From NCBI GenBank assembly GCA_045594305.1, contig JAZNYH010000049.1, forward strand, positions 1 through 58,057: a stretch of DNA of 58,057 nucleotides. Reading direction: 5' to 3'. Shown piece after piece: positions 1-10,842 of this stretch. A program made the position numbers and the translations under genes. The notes below the pieces were generated by a model. It searched no databases. It saw only the letters and a program-made list of their open reading frames with translations, and was not told where the DNA came from. The DNA is from Eubacteriales bacterium. GTDB lineage: Bacteria > Bacillota > Clostridia > Oscillospirales > CAG-272. Each line of letters begins with the position of its first letter. Position 1 is the first letter of the stretch.

Positions 1-41
1 TACTGAACCACGCGACTATCGCGTGGTATTCTTTTTACAAG

Positions 42-71
42 AAAAAGCACCGACTATGTGTCGGTGCTTTT
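42..71 (-). terminator. Intrinsic terminator downstream of tpiA
   Basis: AAAAAGCACCGAC-tatgt-GTCGGTGCTTTT hairpin with A/T tracts, just past the tpiA stop. Confidence 0.8.
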
Positions 72-86
72 GTGCTTTTGTATTTA

Positions 87-842
87 TTATTGAGCTGCCT
101 CTACGATGATTGAGAAGTCCTTAGCCTTAAGTGATGCGCCACCGATAAGACCACCGTCAACATTCTCCTTTGAAAGAAGCTCTGCTGCGTTTGCAGCGTT
201 CATAGAACCACCATATTGAATTGTGATTTTCTCTGCTGCTTCCTTTGAGTAGATTTGAGCGATTGTATCACGAATTACGCCACAGGTTTCATCTGCCTGC
301 TCAGGAGTTGCAGTAAGACCTGTACCAATTGCCCATACTGGCTCGTATGCTATGATAACCTTTGCAAGCTGTTCCTCGGTAACACCAAGAAGGTCGAGCT
401 TTGTCTGCATTGCAACGATCTCGTTTGTAATTCCGTTTACTCTTTCCTCCTTAACCTCGCCAAGGCAAAGAATAACGGTAAGACCTGCTTCAAGAGCTGC
501 CTTTGTTCTAAGATTTACAGTTTCATCAGTTTCGCCAAAGTATTGTCTTCTCTCGCTATGACCGATAATTACATACTCTACGCCACACTCTTTGAGCATT
601 TCAGCAGAGATTTCGCCTGTGTATGCGCCCTTAGGAGCAAAATGTACATTCTCCGCACCAATCTTTATGTTTGAGCCCTTTGCAGCCTCTTGAGCAGCGT
701 AAATGTCAACAAATGGTACGCAGAAGATTATATCACAATTGTCCTTGCCAGCAACAAGTGGCTTTGTTTCCTCGATAAGAGCCTTAGCCTGCGAGGGAGT
801 CATATTCATTTTCCAGTTTCCTGCAATTACTTTTCTTCTCAT
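87..842 (-). CDS. tpiA: Triosephosphate isomerase
   Basis: AGNWKMN, GHSERR, AYEPVWAIGTG, YGGS and GGASL motifs. Confidence 0.98.
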   Translation of the reverse strand: MRRKVIAGNWKMNMTPSQAKALIEETKPLVAGKDNCDIIFCVPFVDIYAAQEAAKGSNIKIGAENVHFAPKGAYTGEISAEMLKECGVEYVIIGHSERRQYFGETDETVNLRTKAALEAGLTVILCLGEVKEERVNGITNEIVAMQTKLDLLGVTEEQLAKVIIAYEPVWAIGTGLTATPEQADETCGVIRDTIAQIYSKEAAEKITIQYGGSMNAANAAELLSKENVDGGLIGGASLKAKDFSIIVEAAQ

Positions 843-926
843 TTTTGTATCCTCTTTTTAAGTTTTATTATGCAACTTGCGTTTGTGCACGGGGGCACAA
901 ACGCAAGCATGTGTCGATTATTTGGA

Positions 927-2231
927 TTATTCCTTGTCCATAAGGCAAGCAATACCAGGAAGCTCAAGTCCCTCAAGGAACTCAAGTGAAGCTCCACCAC
1001 CTGTTGAGATGTGTGTCATCTTGTCAGCGTAGCCAAGCTTTTCAACAGCGGCAGCAGAGTCACCACCACCAATGATTGAGATAGCACCGCTATTAGCAAC
1101 AGCCTCAGCAACTGCCTCTGTTCCACTTGCGAAGTTCTTCCACTCTGAAACGCCCATAGGTCCGTTCCATACTACTGTGCCAGCGCCCTTGATTGCGTCA
1201 GCGAAGATCTTTTGTGTCTTAGGACCGATATCAAGTCCCATCCAGCCCTCTGGGAATGCATTTGAGTCGCAGAACATTGAGTCTGTGTTCTCATCGTACT
1301 CCTTACCGAGCTTGTTATCAACAGGGAGAAGAAGCTTAACGCCCTTAGCCTCTGCCTTTGCCATCATTTCCTTTGCAAGCTCAACCTTGTCATCCTCGCA
1401 AAGTGATGTTCCTACATCGTAGCCCATAGCCTTGAAGAAGGTGTATGCCATACCACCACCGATGATGAGGGTATCAACCTTTTCAAGAAGGTTATTGATA
1501 ACGCCAATCTTGTCAGAAACCTTTGCTCCGCCAAGAATTGCAACGAATGGACGAGCAGGATCAGCCAATGCCTTACCCATTACGCCGATTTCCTTTTGAA
1601 TGAGGTATCCACATACTGCAGGAAGGTAATCTGCAACACCTGCTGTTGTAGCGTGTGCACGGTGTGCTGTACCAAATGCATCGTTTACATAAAGCTCTGC
1701 GTAGTCAGCAAGCTCCTTTGCAAACTCTGGGTTGTTCTTTGTTTCTCTTGCATCAAAGCGAACATTTTCAAGAAGAACTGCCTTGCCAGCCTCAAGAGCT
1801 GCAACCTTAGCCTTTGCGTCAGGACCTGTGATGTCCTCTGCAAATGTAACTGTTCCCTCGCCAAGAAGCTCGTTAAGTCTTACTGCAACTGGCTTAAGTG
1901 TAAGCTTTTTCTTATCATCAACAAGAGCCTTGTCAAGAAGCTTCTTTGTTTCTGCTGCTCTTTCTGCCTCTGGAAGCTCCTCTACCTTTTTCTTTTCCTT
2001 CTTTGTAAGTCCAAAGCCCTCTGTGAGAATGCTATGTGGCTTACCCATGTGTGAGCAAAGGATAACCTTTGCACCATTGTCGAGAAGATACTTGATTGTT
2101 GGAAGCGCACCGATAATTCTCTTGTCAGAGGTGATTACGCCATCCTTGAGTGGTACATTGAAGTCGCATCTTACAAGAACGCTCTTGCCAGCAACTGCAA
2201 CATCTTCAATTGTTTTCTTGTTGTAAGTCAT
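927..2231 (-). CDS. pgk: Phosphoglycerate kinase
   Basis: [31 protein letters not shown] and [13 protein letters not shown] motifs. Confidence 0.98.
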   Translation of the reverse strand: MTYNKKTIEDVAVAGKSVLVRCDFNVPLKDGVITSDKRIIGALPTIKYLLDNGAKVILCSHMGKPHSILTEGFGLTKKEKKKVEELPEAERAAETKKLLDKALVDDKKKLTLKPVAVRLNELLGEGTVTFAEDITGPDAKAKVAALEAGKAVLLENVRFDARETKNNPEFAKELADYAELYVNDAFGTAHRAHATTAGVADYLPAVCGYLIQKEIGVMGKALADPARPFVAILGGAKVSDKIGVINNLLEKVDTLIIGGGMAYTFFKAMGYDVGTSLCEDDKVELAKEMMAKAEAKGVKLLLPVDNKLGKEYDENTDSMFCDSNAFPEGWMGLDIGPKTQKIFADAIKGAGTVVWNGPMGVSEWKNFASGTEAVAEAVANSGAISIIGGGDSAAAVEKLGYADKMTHISTGGGASLEFLEGLELPGIACLMDKE

Positions 2232-2319
2232 TTTTGTTACTCCTATTTTTTATTTTAAATTTTTTCCACAAATAATATAACACACTTTTCTAAATTATGC
2301 AATAGTTTTTTATTAATTT

Positions 2320-3177
2320 TTAAAGATATTTCACGAGTGCGTATATTATGAGAATTACACCGATTGCAATTCGATACCAGCCAAACGCCTCAAAGCTATG
2401 TCGCTTTACAAAGCTCATTAAGAATTTAACAACCACAAGGGAGACCAAAAAGGCGGTGAGTGTGCCTACAATTAAGACAACAAGCTCTGTTGAGGTTATT
2501 GAAATTTTGTCGAGAATAAACGCCTTAGCACACTTTAAAAGTGACGCTCCGAGCATAACGGGAATGGCAAGAAAGAATGAAAATTCAGCGGCTGCCTCTC
2601 TTGAAACACCAACGAGCGATGCACCAAGGATTGTAGAGCCTGAGCGTGATGTGCCAGGGACTACTGATAAGGATTGGAAGCAACCTATTTTAAGTGCCGT
2701 TAGGTAGTCGATTTCGTACACATCCTCGTACTTTTTTATCTTATTCTTGTTTAGCCTTTCAATTATTATGAACAAAATTCCGTAGATTATAAGGGTTGAG
2801 CAAATAAGGAGCACGGTTGCAAATGCACTCTCTCCAAAGAAATGCTCTATAAGCAAATCCAAGGGCACGCCGATTATGGCGGTTGGGAGCATTGCCACAA
2901 TTACCTTTAACCAAAGACGCCATATTTTGCCTCTTTGGTCGGGGGATTTCTTTTTTGATATTGGGTTTAGCTTGTCGAAGAAAAGCACGAGCACGGCAAG
3001 GATTGAGCCGAGCTGAATTACAACCTCGAAAAGCTCCCAAAACTCGGGACTTACTCTAAGTGGCAGAAAATCGTTTACGATTATCATATGTCCTGTGCTT
3101 GACACAGGAAGCCACTCGGTTATGCCTTGGACTATACCAATGAGTATAGCCTTTAAAATTTCTATAAATGTTTCCAT
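2320..3177 (-). CDS. uppP: Undecaprenyl-diphosphate phosphatase (BacA/UppP)
   Basis: GITEWLPVSSTGH and PGTSRSGST motifs; start moved to the ATG at 3177, which follows GAGAGG. Confidence 0.95.
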   Translation of the reverse strand: METFIEILKAILIGIVQGITEWLPVSSTGHMIIVNDFLPLRVSPEFWELFEVVIQLGSILAVLVLFFDKLNPISKKKSPDQRGKIWRLWLKVIVAMLPTAIIGVPLDLLIEHFFGESAFATVLLICSTLIIYGILFIIIERLNKNKIKKYEDVYEIDYLTALKIGCFQSLSVVPGTSRSGSTILGASLVGVSREAAAEFSFFLAIPVMLGASLLKCAKAFILDKISITSTELVVLIVGTLTAFLVSLVVVKFLMSFVKRHSFEAFGWYRIAIGVILIIYALVKYL

Positions 3178-3178
3178 A

Positions 3179-4417
3179 TTACCTCTCACTTGAACGCAGA
3201 ATATCGCCTGCGTGAACCTCGAAGGGCACCTTTATTTTGAAAAGCATTGAGGGGTGTGGTGCACTTTCAAGAGGATTGCCGTCAGTGGTGAGCATCTGCT
3301 CAACGACAAACGGCTGTCCACACTTACCTGGGGTGATAAGCTCAACGCTATCGCCAAGCACAAGCTTATTCTTCTGCATAAAGGTTGCGTAGCCCTGCTC
3401 ATCTCTTTCGCTTTGAGCGACACAGAGGTACGCCTTTTCACGAAGATAGCCTGTATTTATTACTGTTTGAGCGTTGTCCATTGGGTTGTCGAAATAGAAG
3501 CCTGTTGCGTAGTCACGATGGCTTACGCTATTTAGCTCTCTTAGCCAACGCTCATCATATTTATATTCGGTGGGGGCTTTGAGATATGCGTCCATTGCCA
3601 TTCTATATGTGTTGGCACAAATGGCGGTATAGTACGCACTCTTCATTCTTCCCTCTATCTTGAAGCTATCAATTCCACTCTCCATAAGCTCGGGAATGTG
3701 CTCTATCATACACATATCCTTAGAGGACATAATGAAGCTACCCTCCTTATATTCCTCTATTGAAAGTGGATGGTCAAGACGCTTTTCCTCTGCGAAGGAG
3801 ATAGGGGTTGAATTTGTGTAATTCCAGCGACAGGGCTGGGCACACGCACCACGATTGGCGTCTCTGCCTGTATAGTAATTAGAGAGCAGGCACCTGCCAC
3901 TATATGATATACACATTGAGCCGTGAATAAAGCATTCAAGCTCCAAGGATTTGGGCGTATTTTCTCTTATTTCGTTTATTTCGTTAAGGGATAGCTCTCT
4001 TGCGAGAACAACTCGCTTTGCTCCCATTTTGTGCCACACTGTGGCTGTATATGCCGATACGGTGCTTGCCTGAGTTGAGATATGAAGCTCCATTTTTGGA
4101 ATTATCTCACGAGCAAGGGTGAACACGCCAAGATCCGATATTATAAGTGCATCTACGCCTATTTTATCAAGTGCTAAAAGATATTTTTTAAGTCTTTCAT
4201 ACTCGCAGGTGTGAGGCATTGTGTTCACAGTTACATACAATTTTACTCCACGGGCGTGTGCGTATTCGGTTGCCTCGGCAAGCTCATCAAGCGTAAAGTT
4301 ATCTGCCTGAGCACGCATACCAAACATATCCGAGGCGAGGTATACAGCATCTGCTCCGTAAAGGATTGCCGACCTCATTTTTTCAAAATTGCCCGCAGGG
4401 CATAAAAGCTCTTTCAT
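3179..4417 (-). CDS. U32 family protein (TrhP-like, probable tRNA hydroxylation)
   Basis: ELLCPAG, GADAVY, HGSMCISYSGRCLLS, CAQPCRW and KIEGRMK motifs. Confidence 0.9.
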   Translation of the reverse strand: MKELLCPAGNFEKMRSAILYGADAVYLASDMFGMRAQADNFTLDELAEATEYAHARGVKLYVTVNTMPHTCEYERLKKYLLALDKIGVDALIISDLGVFTLAREIIPKMELHISTQASTVSAYTATVWHKMGAKRVVLARELSLNEINEIRENTPKSLELECFIHGSMCISYSGRCLLSNYYTGRDANRGACAQPCRWNYTNSTPISFAEEKRLDHPLSIEEYKEGSFIMSSKDMCMIEHIPELMESGIDSFKIEGRMKSAYYTAICANTYRMAMDAYLKAPTEYKYDERWLRELNSVSHRDYATGFYFDNPMDNAQTVINTGYLREKAYLCVAQSERDEQGYATFMQKNKLVLGDSVELITPGKCGQPFVVEQMLTTDGNPLESAPHPSMLFKIKVPFEVHAGDILRSSER

Positions 4418-4431
4418 TAGTTACCTCTTTT

Positions 4432-6039
4432 TTAGTGCTTGAGCTGGGCAAAGCGTGTCGCTCCACCCTTTGAAAAGTAGTTTTCTATAATTATACATAT
4501 GATTGCATTTAGTGCTGTTATTATCGCTCCTGATATCCAAAAATCAATGCTAAGCACTGCAAAAACCATACACACCATAAATAGCACAAGTGACCAAAGC
4601 ATTGTGCCGAGCATTGTGCCAAACACAGCAAAGCCCTGCTTTACTGCTACTGTTTCGTTTTGCCAATCGAATTTTGGGAATTTAAGTCCAAGAAGCAAGC
4701 CAAAGTAGGCTGTGAGAGCTACGGTTGTTGCTCCTACAAGGATACAGAATATAAAGTTAAGCACGCTGAACTTAAATGCCACGGAAACAATAATTGCGCC
4801 GATTAGGGTGCATGGCAGGCAAATTGCCATATGGGCAAGAAGCTTTGCTCTTAAAATCCTTTTTGGCTCTATTGGTGCGGATTGAAGCACCCATAGGGAT
4901 TTATCCTCAAGGGAGATTGAAGGTGCACTCACAAGATTCATTGATGACATAAACATTACAATCATTGAGCCTATTGCGGGGATAAAGTTAGCAATCATTG
5001 GCTCTTGTGCTGCAAGCAGGTTGATTTCCGGACTTGCAAGTGCAATTAAAACGGCAAAGATTATTGTCATAATGTTTCCAATTCCTGCATTTAGAACATA
5101 TGCTGAGGAGCTGAAAAACCTCTTTATTTCCTTTTTGAAAAGTGCTGTCTGTACTGTGCTTACCTTTTCCTTGCCTGCTACATATTTTATAGTCTTAGCG
5201 CCTGTCTTTATGGTTATGATTTTTATAAAGCTACGGTCCAAGAGGAAATATGCAAGGATTGCAGGGAGTATTGTGCAAAGAGCTACCCAAAGGAAGGATA
5301 GCAAATCAGCCTCTGCCATTGCTCTGCCCATCCAATAGAATAGGGCGGTTGATTTAAGACCTGAAAAGTCTATAACAGTGTTCTCATCTGTCGAGCCTAT
5401 AAAGCCGCCAAATGCTCCACACGCAAATAGATATATTGCCATAAAGAGCACGGTAAAGATAACGCTTATCGCAGTTTTATTTTTAAGTCTTGCAGAGATT
5501 ATTGAAATTAGCCAAGCAAGAAGCACGGAGATTGTTATTGTAAATAGTGGAAGGAGCAAAAATACAAAAAGGGTAAGGATTGCTCCAAGGAGTGAGTAGC
5601 CAACCATAACGGCGTGAACGCCTATTACGGGGAGTAAAACTATTGATTCAAGACCATAGTTTACAATAAGAAGCATTATAATTCTGCTAAGGAAAATGTA
5701 TTTTGGTGGGATTGGCATAGCGAGCAAGAGCTCGTTATCCTTGCTCTCAAAGATTTGAGTTTTTGCAGTAAATACGCTTCCAAATACGCAAAGAGCTGAG
5801 GCTATGAGGGTTGCCAATGTTTGAGATACCCATAAATCTCCCGTTTGCGTTGCTGATATTGTCATTCCCACAGCCATCATTCCAAATGCCATCATAAGAT
5901 AGCCGATAAGAACGACAAACAATATAATCAAAAGAACCTTTGCCACAGGGGATTGTGGCTTCTTTCTCTTGCTTGCTCCTGCTCCCGAGAATGACGCAAG
6001 GAATGCAGAAAGCTTTGATTTTAAAAGTATTTTAAGCAT
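4432..6039 (-). CDS. ABC exporter permease (multi-TM)
   Basis: Many hydrophobic helices; overlaps the ABC ATPase stop; ATG at 6039 follows GGAGG. Confidence 0.85.
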   Translation of the reverse strand: MLKILLKSKLSAFLASFSGAGASKRKKPQSPVAKVLLIILFVVLIGYLMMAFGMMAVGMTISATQTGDLWVSQTLATLIASALCVFGSVFTAKTQIFESKDNELLLAMPIPPKYIFLSRIIMLLIVNYGLESIVLLPVIGVHAVMVGYSLLGAILTLFVFLLLPLFTITISVLLAWLISIISARLKNKTAISVIFTVLFMAIYLFACGAFGGFIGSTDENTVIDFSGLKSTALFYWMGRAMAEADLLSFLWVALCTILPAILAYFLLDRSFIKIITIKTGAKTIKYVAGKEKVSTVQTALFKKEIKRFFSSSAYVLNAGIGNIMTIIFAVLIALASPEINLLAAQEPMIANFIPAIGSMIVMFMSSMNLVSAPSISLEDKSLWVLQSAPIEPKRILRAKLLAHMAICLPCTLIGAIIVSVAFKFSVLNFIFCILVGATTVALTAYFGLLLGLKFPKFDWQNETVAVKQGFAVFGTMLGTMLWSLVLFMVCMVFAVLSIDFWISGAIITALNAIICIIIENYFSKGGATRFAQLKH

Positions 6040-6745
6040 CTGCGTCCTCCAATTCAAGGAATACGCTTTCAAGGCTCTCATCGCCCTTGATTTCACTCAT
6101 AGAGCCACTTCTTACGAGCTTTCCTGCCTTAATTATTGCGATTTTATCACAAATCTTCTCTGCCACATCAAGCACATGAGTTGAGAAGAAAATTGCTCCG
6201 CCATTTTCGCAAATACGCTTCATTTCCTCTTTGAGAAGGAATGCTGCCTTTGGATCAAGTCCTACAAATGGCTCATCCATTATAAGGAGCTTTGGATCGT
6301 GAATAAGTGCTGAAATGATAGCAAGCTTTTGCTTCATTCCGTGAGAATACGAGGAGATTGGCTGTGCAAGGCTTGGTGTGATTTCAAGCATATCGCCATA
6401 TTTCTTTATTCTATTCTCTCTATCCTGCTTTGAAACGCCGTAAATATCAGCGATAAAGGTGAGATATTTAATTCCACTCATAAACTCGTAAAGGTCAGGG
6501 TTATCGGGCAAGTACGCAATTCTTTTCTTGCACTCGATTGGATTTTCCTTTATAGAGTATCCGTCGATAAAAATCTCTCCCTCATCAAAGTCAAGAAGTC
6601 CACAGCACGATTTTATGGTTGTGGTTTTTCCTGCTCCGTTATGTCCTATAAAGGCGTACATCTCGCCTGCCTCTATGTGCAAGGAAAGATTGTCTACTGC
6701 CTTCTTTTCTCCATAGGTTTTTGTAAGTCCTTCTATTCTAAGCAT
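6032..6745 (-). CDS. ABC transporter ATP-binding protein
   Basis: Walker A GHNGAGKTT, signature YSHGM, Walker B LLIMDEP. Confidence 0.95.
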   Translation of the reverse strand: MLRIEGLTKTYGEKKAVDNLSLHIEAGEMYAFIGHNGAGKTTTIKSCCGLLDFDEGEIFIDGYSIKENPIECKKRIAYLPDNPDLYEFMSGIKYLTFIADIYGVSKQDRENRIKKYGDMLEITPSLAQPISSYSHGMKQKLAIISALIHDPKLLIMDEPFVGLDPKAAFLLKEEMKRICENGGAIFFSTHVLDVAEKICDKIAIIKAGKLVRSGSMSEIKGDESLESVFLELEDADA

Positions 6746-6809
6746 AAGCTACCTCCAAATTTTTTCTTCCTTATTATTTTAACACGCATATTATATATTG
6801 TCAATAAAA

Positions 6810-6849
6810 ACAAAAAAAACTGCGTCGCAAATGCGACGCAGTTAGCTTT
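6810..6849 (-). terminator. Intrinsic terminator of the small-protein gene
   Basis: AACTGCGTCGCA-aa-TGCGACGCAGTT hairpin followed by a U-tract on the minus strand. Confidence 0.8.
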
Positions 6850-6853
6850 CTTA

Positions 6854-7045
6854 TTAACCGAAGAAGTCCGCTCCAATGTTGATGTTTGCTCCTGTTGAGC
6901 CGTCCTCTTCTGTGCTTTCTGTGATAGATGGACCACTTGAGCCCGCATTACCACTATTTACAATTATGTTGAATGAATCGCTTGCTGCCATAATGTCTTC
7001 AACTTGAACAGCATTTATTTCTATTTCAGGTGTGATATATCTCAT
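6854..7045 (-). CDS. 63-aa acidic small protein with a YxxPEIEI...EDI..S N-terminus
   Basis: GGAGG RBS, own TTGACA-N17-TATACT promoter and own terminator. Confidence 0.75.
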   Translation of the reverse strand: MRYITPEIEINAVQVEDIMAASDSFNIIVNSGNAGSSGPSITESTEEDGSTGANINIGADFFG

Positions 7046-7125
7046 TATACTTTTTCCTCCATACGGACTAAATCGAGAAAGTCAAATAACGGGCATAGAA
7101 CGCCCATACATTTCTTTACACGATT

Positions 7126-7154
7126 AGTATACCACATACTTTTCGGTTTGTCAA
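7126..7154 (-). promoter_or_regulatory. Sigma70/SigA promoter of the small-protein gene
   Basis: TTGACA-N17-TATACT on the minus strand. Confidence 0.75.
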
Positions 7155-7215
7155 CAATTTTAAAAAAGTTTTTTATATTTTTCTCCTTTATTATATATAA
7201 GCCTCAAATAAATAG

Positions 7216-7248
7216 AAAAATCCCCCGATTGCTCGGGGGACTTTTTTT
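7216..7248 (-). terminator. PFOR terminator
   Basis: TCCCCCGA-ttgc-TCGGGGGA hairpin flanked by A/T tracts. Confidence 0.8.
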
Positions 7249-7251
7249 ATA

Positions 7252-10200
7252 TTAGTCGTTATAAAGCTCTGTGAACTTTGTAAGTCTCTTATACTTAGCC
7301 TTTGCAGCCTCCTCAGCCTTAGCAAAGAGTGCCTCTGCTCTTTCTGGGAATTGCTGTGCAAGACGGCTGTAACGAGTCTCGCTTGTGATAAAGCTCTTAT
7401 AATCGCCTGTTGGCTCCTTAGAGTCGAGTGAGAATGGATTCTTACCCTCTGCCTTGAGAGCTGGGTTGAATCTAAACATCTGCCAGTAGCCTGCCTCAAC
7501 TGCCTTCTTCATCTCGCCCTGGCAGTTAGTCATACCGCCCTTAAGTCCGTGCATTTCGCATGGAGCGTAGCCGATGATGAGTGAAGGTCCTGGATATGCC
7601 TCAGCCTCTGCCATAGCCTTGATGGTTTGTGCAGGGTCAGCACCCATAGCGATTTGTGCTACATATACATAGCCGTAGGACATAGCAATCTCTGCAAGGT
7701 TCTTCTTGCCAATTGCCTTACCTGCTGCTGCGAACTGAGCAACCTGACCGATGTTAGAAGCCTTAGAAGCCTGTCCACCGGTGTTAGAGTAAACCTCAGT
7801 GTCGAATACCATTACATTTACATCCTCACCAGATGCGAGAACATGGTCAAGACCACCAAAGCCGATATCGTATGCCCAACCGTCTCCACCGAAGATCCAT
7901 ACAGACTTCTTTGAGAGGTAATCCTTCTCTGCGAGGATTTCCTTAGCAACTGGGCAACCCTGTGCCTCTGCCTTTTCAAGCTCAACAACGAGAGCCTTTG
8001 TAGCCTCTGTGTTTGCCTTGCCGTTATCCTTAGTATCAAGGAATGCTTGTGCAGCAGCCTTGAACTCATCGCTTGCCTTGTCGCTCTCCATCATCTTCAT
8101 AACCTTGCCGATGAGCTTCTCACGAATGGTCTTTTGACCGAGGTACATACCAAGACCGTGCTCAGCGTTGTCCTCGAAGAGTGAGTTAGCCCAAGCTGGT
8201 CCGCATCCGCTATCCTTATTTACTGTGTAAGGAGTTGAAGGAGCTGAGCCACCCCAAATTGATGAGCATCCTGTTGCGTTAGAGATGTACATTCTCTCAC
8301 CAAAGAGCTGAGTGATAAGACGAGCGTATGATGTTTCAGCACAGCCTGCGCATGAGCCTGAGAACTCGAGAAGTGGCTGGTTGAACTGGCTTCCCTTTAC
8401 AGAGAACTCTGCGAAAGGAAGATCCTTCTTAGATACATTTGCAACTGCGTAGTCGAATGCTGCCTGTTGGTCAGCCTGTGTAGCCTGTGGAACCATTCTA
8501 ATAGCGGTCTTTTCAGGTGTGCCGTTTGCCTTAGCCTTGATAGCAACTGGACAAACATTTACGCAGAGTCCGCAACCCATACAATCAAGTGGGCTGATTG
8601 CGATTGTGAACTTGTAGTCCTCGCAGCCCTTACCGATCATCTTAGCTGTGAACTTTGTTGACTTAGGAGCCTTCTTTGCCTCTGCTGCGTTCATTGCGTA
8701 AGGACGAATGGTAGCATGAGGACAAACATATGAGCAGTTATTACATTGGATACAGTTTTCAGGAATCCACTCAGGAACTGTTACTGCAACACCACGCTTC
8801 TCGTAAGCTGCAGCACCCTGTGGGAATGTACCGTCTGCGTAATCAACGAATGCAGATACAGGAAGCTTGTCTCCGTCCATCTTTGATACAGGGAGAAGAA
8901 CATTCTCAACATACTTAACAAGCTCTGGACGAGTTCCTGTAACCTTTTCCTTCTTCTTTGAAACCTTGAGGTCCTTCCAAGAAGCAGGAACATCAACCTT
9001 AACGATTGCGTCCTTACCAGCGTCGATTGCCTTGTAGTTCATTTCAACCACAGCCTCGCCCTTCTTGAGGTAGGACTTCTTAGCCATGTACTTCATCTTC
9101 TCGATTGCTACATCGATTGGCATGATCTTAGCAAGTGTGAAGAATGCGCTTTGGAGAATTGTATTGGTTCTCTTACCCATACCAATCTCGATAGCCTTAT
9201 CAATAGCGTTAACAACATAGAAGTTGATGTTGTTATCAGCGATATATTTCTTAACCTCTGCTGGGAGATTTGCTTCAAGCTCCTCTACTGTCCATTGGCA
9301 GTTAAGAAGGAATGTTCCACCAGGCTTAACATCGTTTACGATCTTGTAGCCCTTGAGCATGTATGATGGGTTGTGGCAAGCTACGAAGTCAGCCTTTGTG
9401 ATGTAGTAAGGGCTCTTAATCTGCTTGTCACCGAAGCGAAGGTGAGAAATTGTAACTCCACCTGTCTTCTTTGAGTCATACTGGAAGTAAGCTTGAATAA
9501 ACTTGTCGGTGTTATCACCGATGATCTTGATTGAGTTCTTATTAGCTCCAACAGTACCGTCACCACCAAGGCCCCAGAACTTGCAAGAGATTGTACCCTC
9601 TGCGCTTGTGTCAGGAGCAACCTTTTCAGGAAGTGAAAGACCTGTTACATCGTCTACGATACCGATTGTGAAGTTTGCCTTTGGCTCTCTCTTCTTGAGG
9701 TTCTCGTATACTGCGAAGATAGAAGCAGGAGTTGTATCCTTTGAGCCAAGACCATAACGACCACCAACTACCTTTGCCTTTGAGCCCTTAATAGCAAGAG
9801 CTGAAACAACATCGAGGTAGAGAGGCTCACCAAGAGAGCCAGGCTCCTTGGTTCTGTCAAGAACTGCAATCTTCTTTGCTGTTGCAGGAATAGCCTCGAA
9901 GAGCTTGTCTGCAACGAATGGACGATAAAGTCTTACCTTAACAAGACCTACCTTCTCGCCCTTTGCCATAAGGTAGTCGATAACCTCCTCACAAACATCA
10001 CAAATAGAGCCCATTGCAACGATAACTCTGTCTGCGTCCTCAGCACCGTAGTAGTTGAAGAGCTTGTAGTTTGTGCCGATCTTCTCGTTTACCTTGTCCA
10101 TATATTCCTCTACGATTGCAGGAAGTGCATCGTAGTAGCTATTACATGCCTCTCTGTGCTGGAAGAAGATATCTCCATTCTCAGCAGAGCCACGAAGAAC

Positions 10201-10842
10201 AGGATGCTCAGGATTGATTGCTCTCTTACGGAATTCAGCAATAGCGTCCTTGTCAACCATCTCAGCGAGATCGTCGTAATCCCAAACCTCGATCTTTTGG
10301 ATCTCGTGTGAGGTACGGAAGCCATCGAAGAAGTTGAGGAATGGAACTCTACCCTTGATTGTTGAAAGGTGTGCAACTGCACCAAGGTCCATAACCTCCT
10401 GTGGGTTGGTGTTTGCCATCATAGCATAACCAGTTTGACGGCAAGCGTAAACATCGGAGTGATCTCCAAAAATGTTAAGAGCGTGTGATGCTACGCAACG
10501 AGCAGATACATGGATTACATTAGGAAGCAATTCACCTGCAATCTTGTACATGTTAGGAATCATCAAAAGAAGTCCCTGTGATGCTGTGTAGGTTGTGGTG
10601 AGAGCACCTGCTGCGAGTGAGCCGTGTACAGTTCCTGCAGCGCCTGCCTCGGACTGCATTTCTGTAACTCTTACCTTTTCGCCAAAAATGTTACGGAGGC
10701 CGGTTGCTGACCATGAGTCAGTAAGCTCTGCCATTACACTTGACGGGGTGATGGGGTAAATTGCTGCAACCTCAGTAAACGCATAGCTGACTGTAGCGGC
10801 GGCGGTATTACCGTCCATCGACTGTTTCTTTCTTGTTACCAT
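7252..10842 (-). CDS. nifJ: Pyruvate:ferredoxin (flavodoxin) oxidoreductase
   Basis: YPITPSS, EMQSEAGAAG, two CxxCxxCxxxCP clusters, GSCAGC and GGDGWAYDIG motifs. Confidence 0.97.
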   Translation of the reverse strand: MVTRKKQSMDGNTAAATVSYAFTEVAAIYPITPSSVMAELTDSWSATGLRNIFGEKVRVTEMQSEAGAAGTVHGSLAAGALTTTYTASQGLLLMIPNMYKIAGELLPNVIHVSARCVASHALNIFGDHSDVYACRQTGYAMMANTNPQEVMDLGAVAHLSTIKGRVPFLNFFDGFRTSHEIQKIEVWDYDDLAEMVDKDAIAEFRKRAINPEHPVLRGSAENGDIFFQHREACNSYYDALPAIVEEYMDKVNEKIGTNYKLFNYYGAEDADRVIVAMGSICDVCEEVIDYLMAKGEKVGLVKVRLYRPFVADKLFEAIPATAKKIAVLDRTKEPGSLGEPLYLDVVSALAIKGSKAKVVGGRYGLGSKDTTPASIFAVYENLKKREPKANFTIGIVDDVTGLSLPEKVAPDTSAEGTISCKFWGLGGDGTVGANKNSIKIIGDNTDKFIQAYFQYDSKKTGGVTISHLRFGDKQIKSPYYITKADFVACHNPSYMLKGYKIVNDVKPGGTFLLNCQWTVEELEANLPAEVKKYIADNNINFYVVNAIDKAIEIGMGKRTNTILQSAFFTLAKIMPIDVAIEKMKYMAKKSYLKKGEAVVEMNYKAIDAGKDAIVKVDVPASWKDLKVSKKKEKVTGTRPELVKYVENVLLPVSKMDGDKLPVSAFVDYADGTFPQGAAAYEKRGVAVTVPEWIPENCIQCNNCSYVCPHATIRPYAMNAAEAKKAPKSTKFTAKMIGKGCEDYKFTIAISPLDCMGCGLCVNVCPVAIKAKANGTPEKTAIRMVPQATQADQQAAFDYAVANVSKKDLPFAEFSVKGSQFNQPLLEFSGSCAGCAETSYARLITQLFGERMYISNATGCSSIWGGSAPSTPYTVNKDSGCGPAWANSLFEDNAEHGLGMYLGQKTIREKLIGKVMKMMESDKASDEFKAAAQAFLDTKDNGKANTEATKALVVELEKAEAQGCPVAKEILAEKDYLSKKSVWIFGGDGWAYDIGFGGLDHVLASGEDVNVMVFDTEVYSNTGGQASKASNIGQVAQFAAAGKAIGKKNLAEIAMSYGYVYVAQIAMGADPAQTIKAMAEAEAYPGPSLIIGYAPCEMHGLKGGMTNCQGEMKKAVEAGYWQMFRFNPALKAEGKNPFSLDSKEPTGDYKSFITSETRYSRLAQQFPERAEALFAKAEEAAKAKYKRLTKFTELYND

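Noticed and set aside
3179-7045. RiPP cluster (small peptide + ABC exporter + U32 peptidase)
   Set aside because: The peptide gene is insulated by its own terminator, U32 proteins are mostly RNA/quinone hydroxylation factors, and there is no maturase
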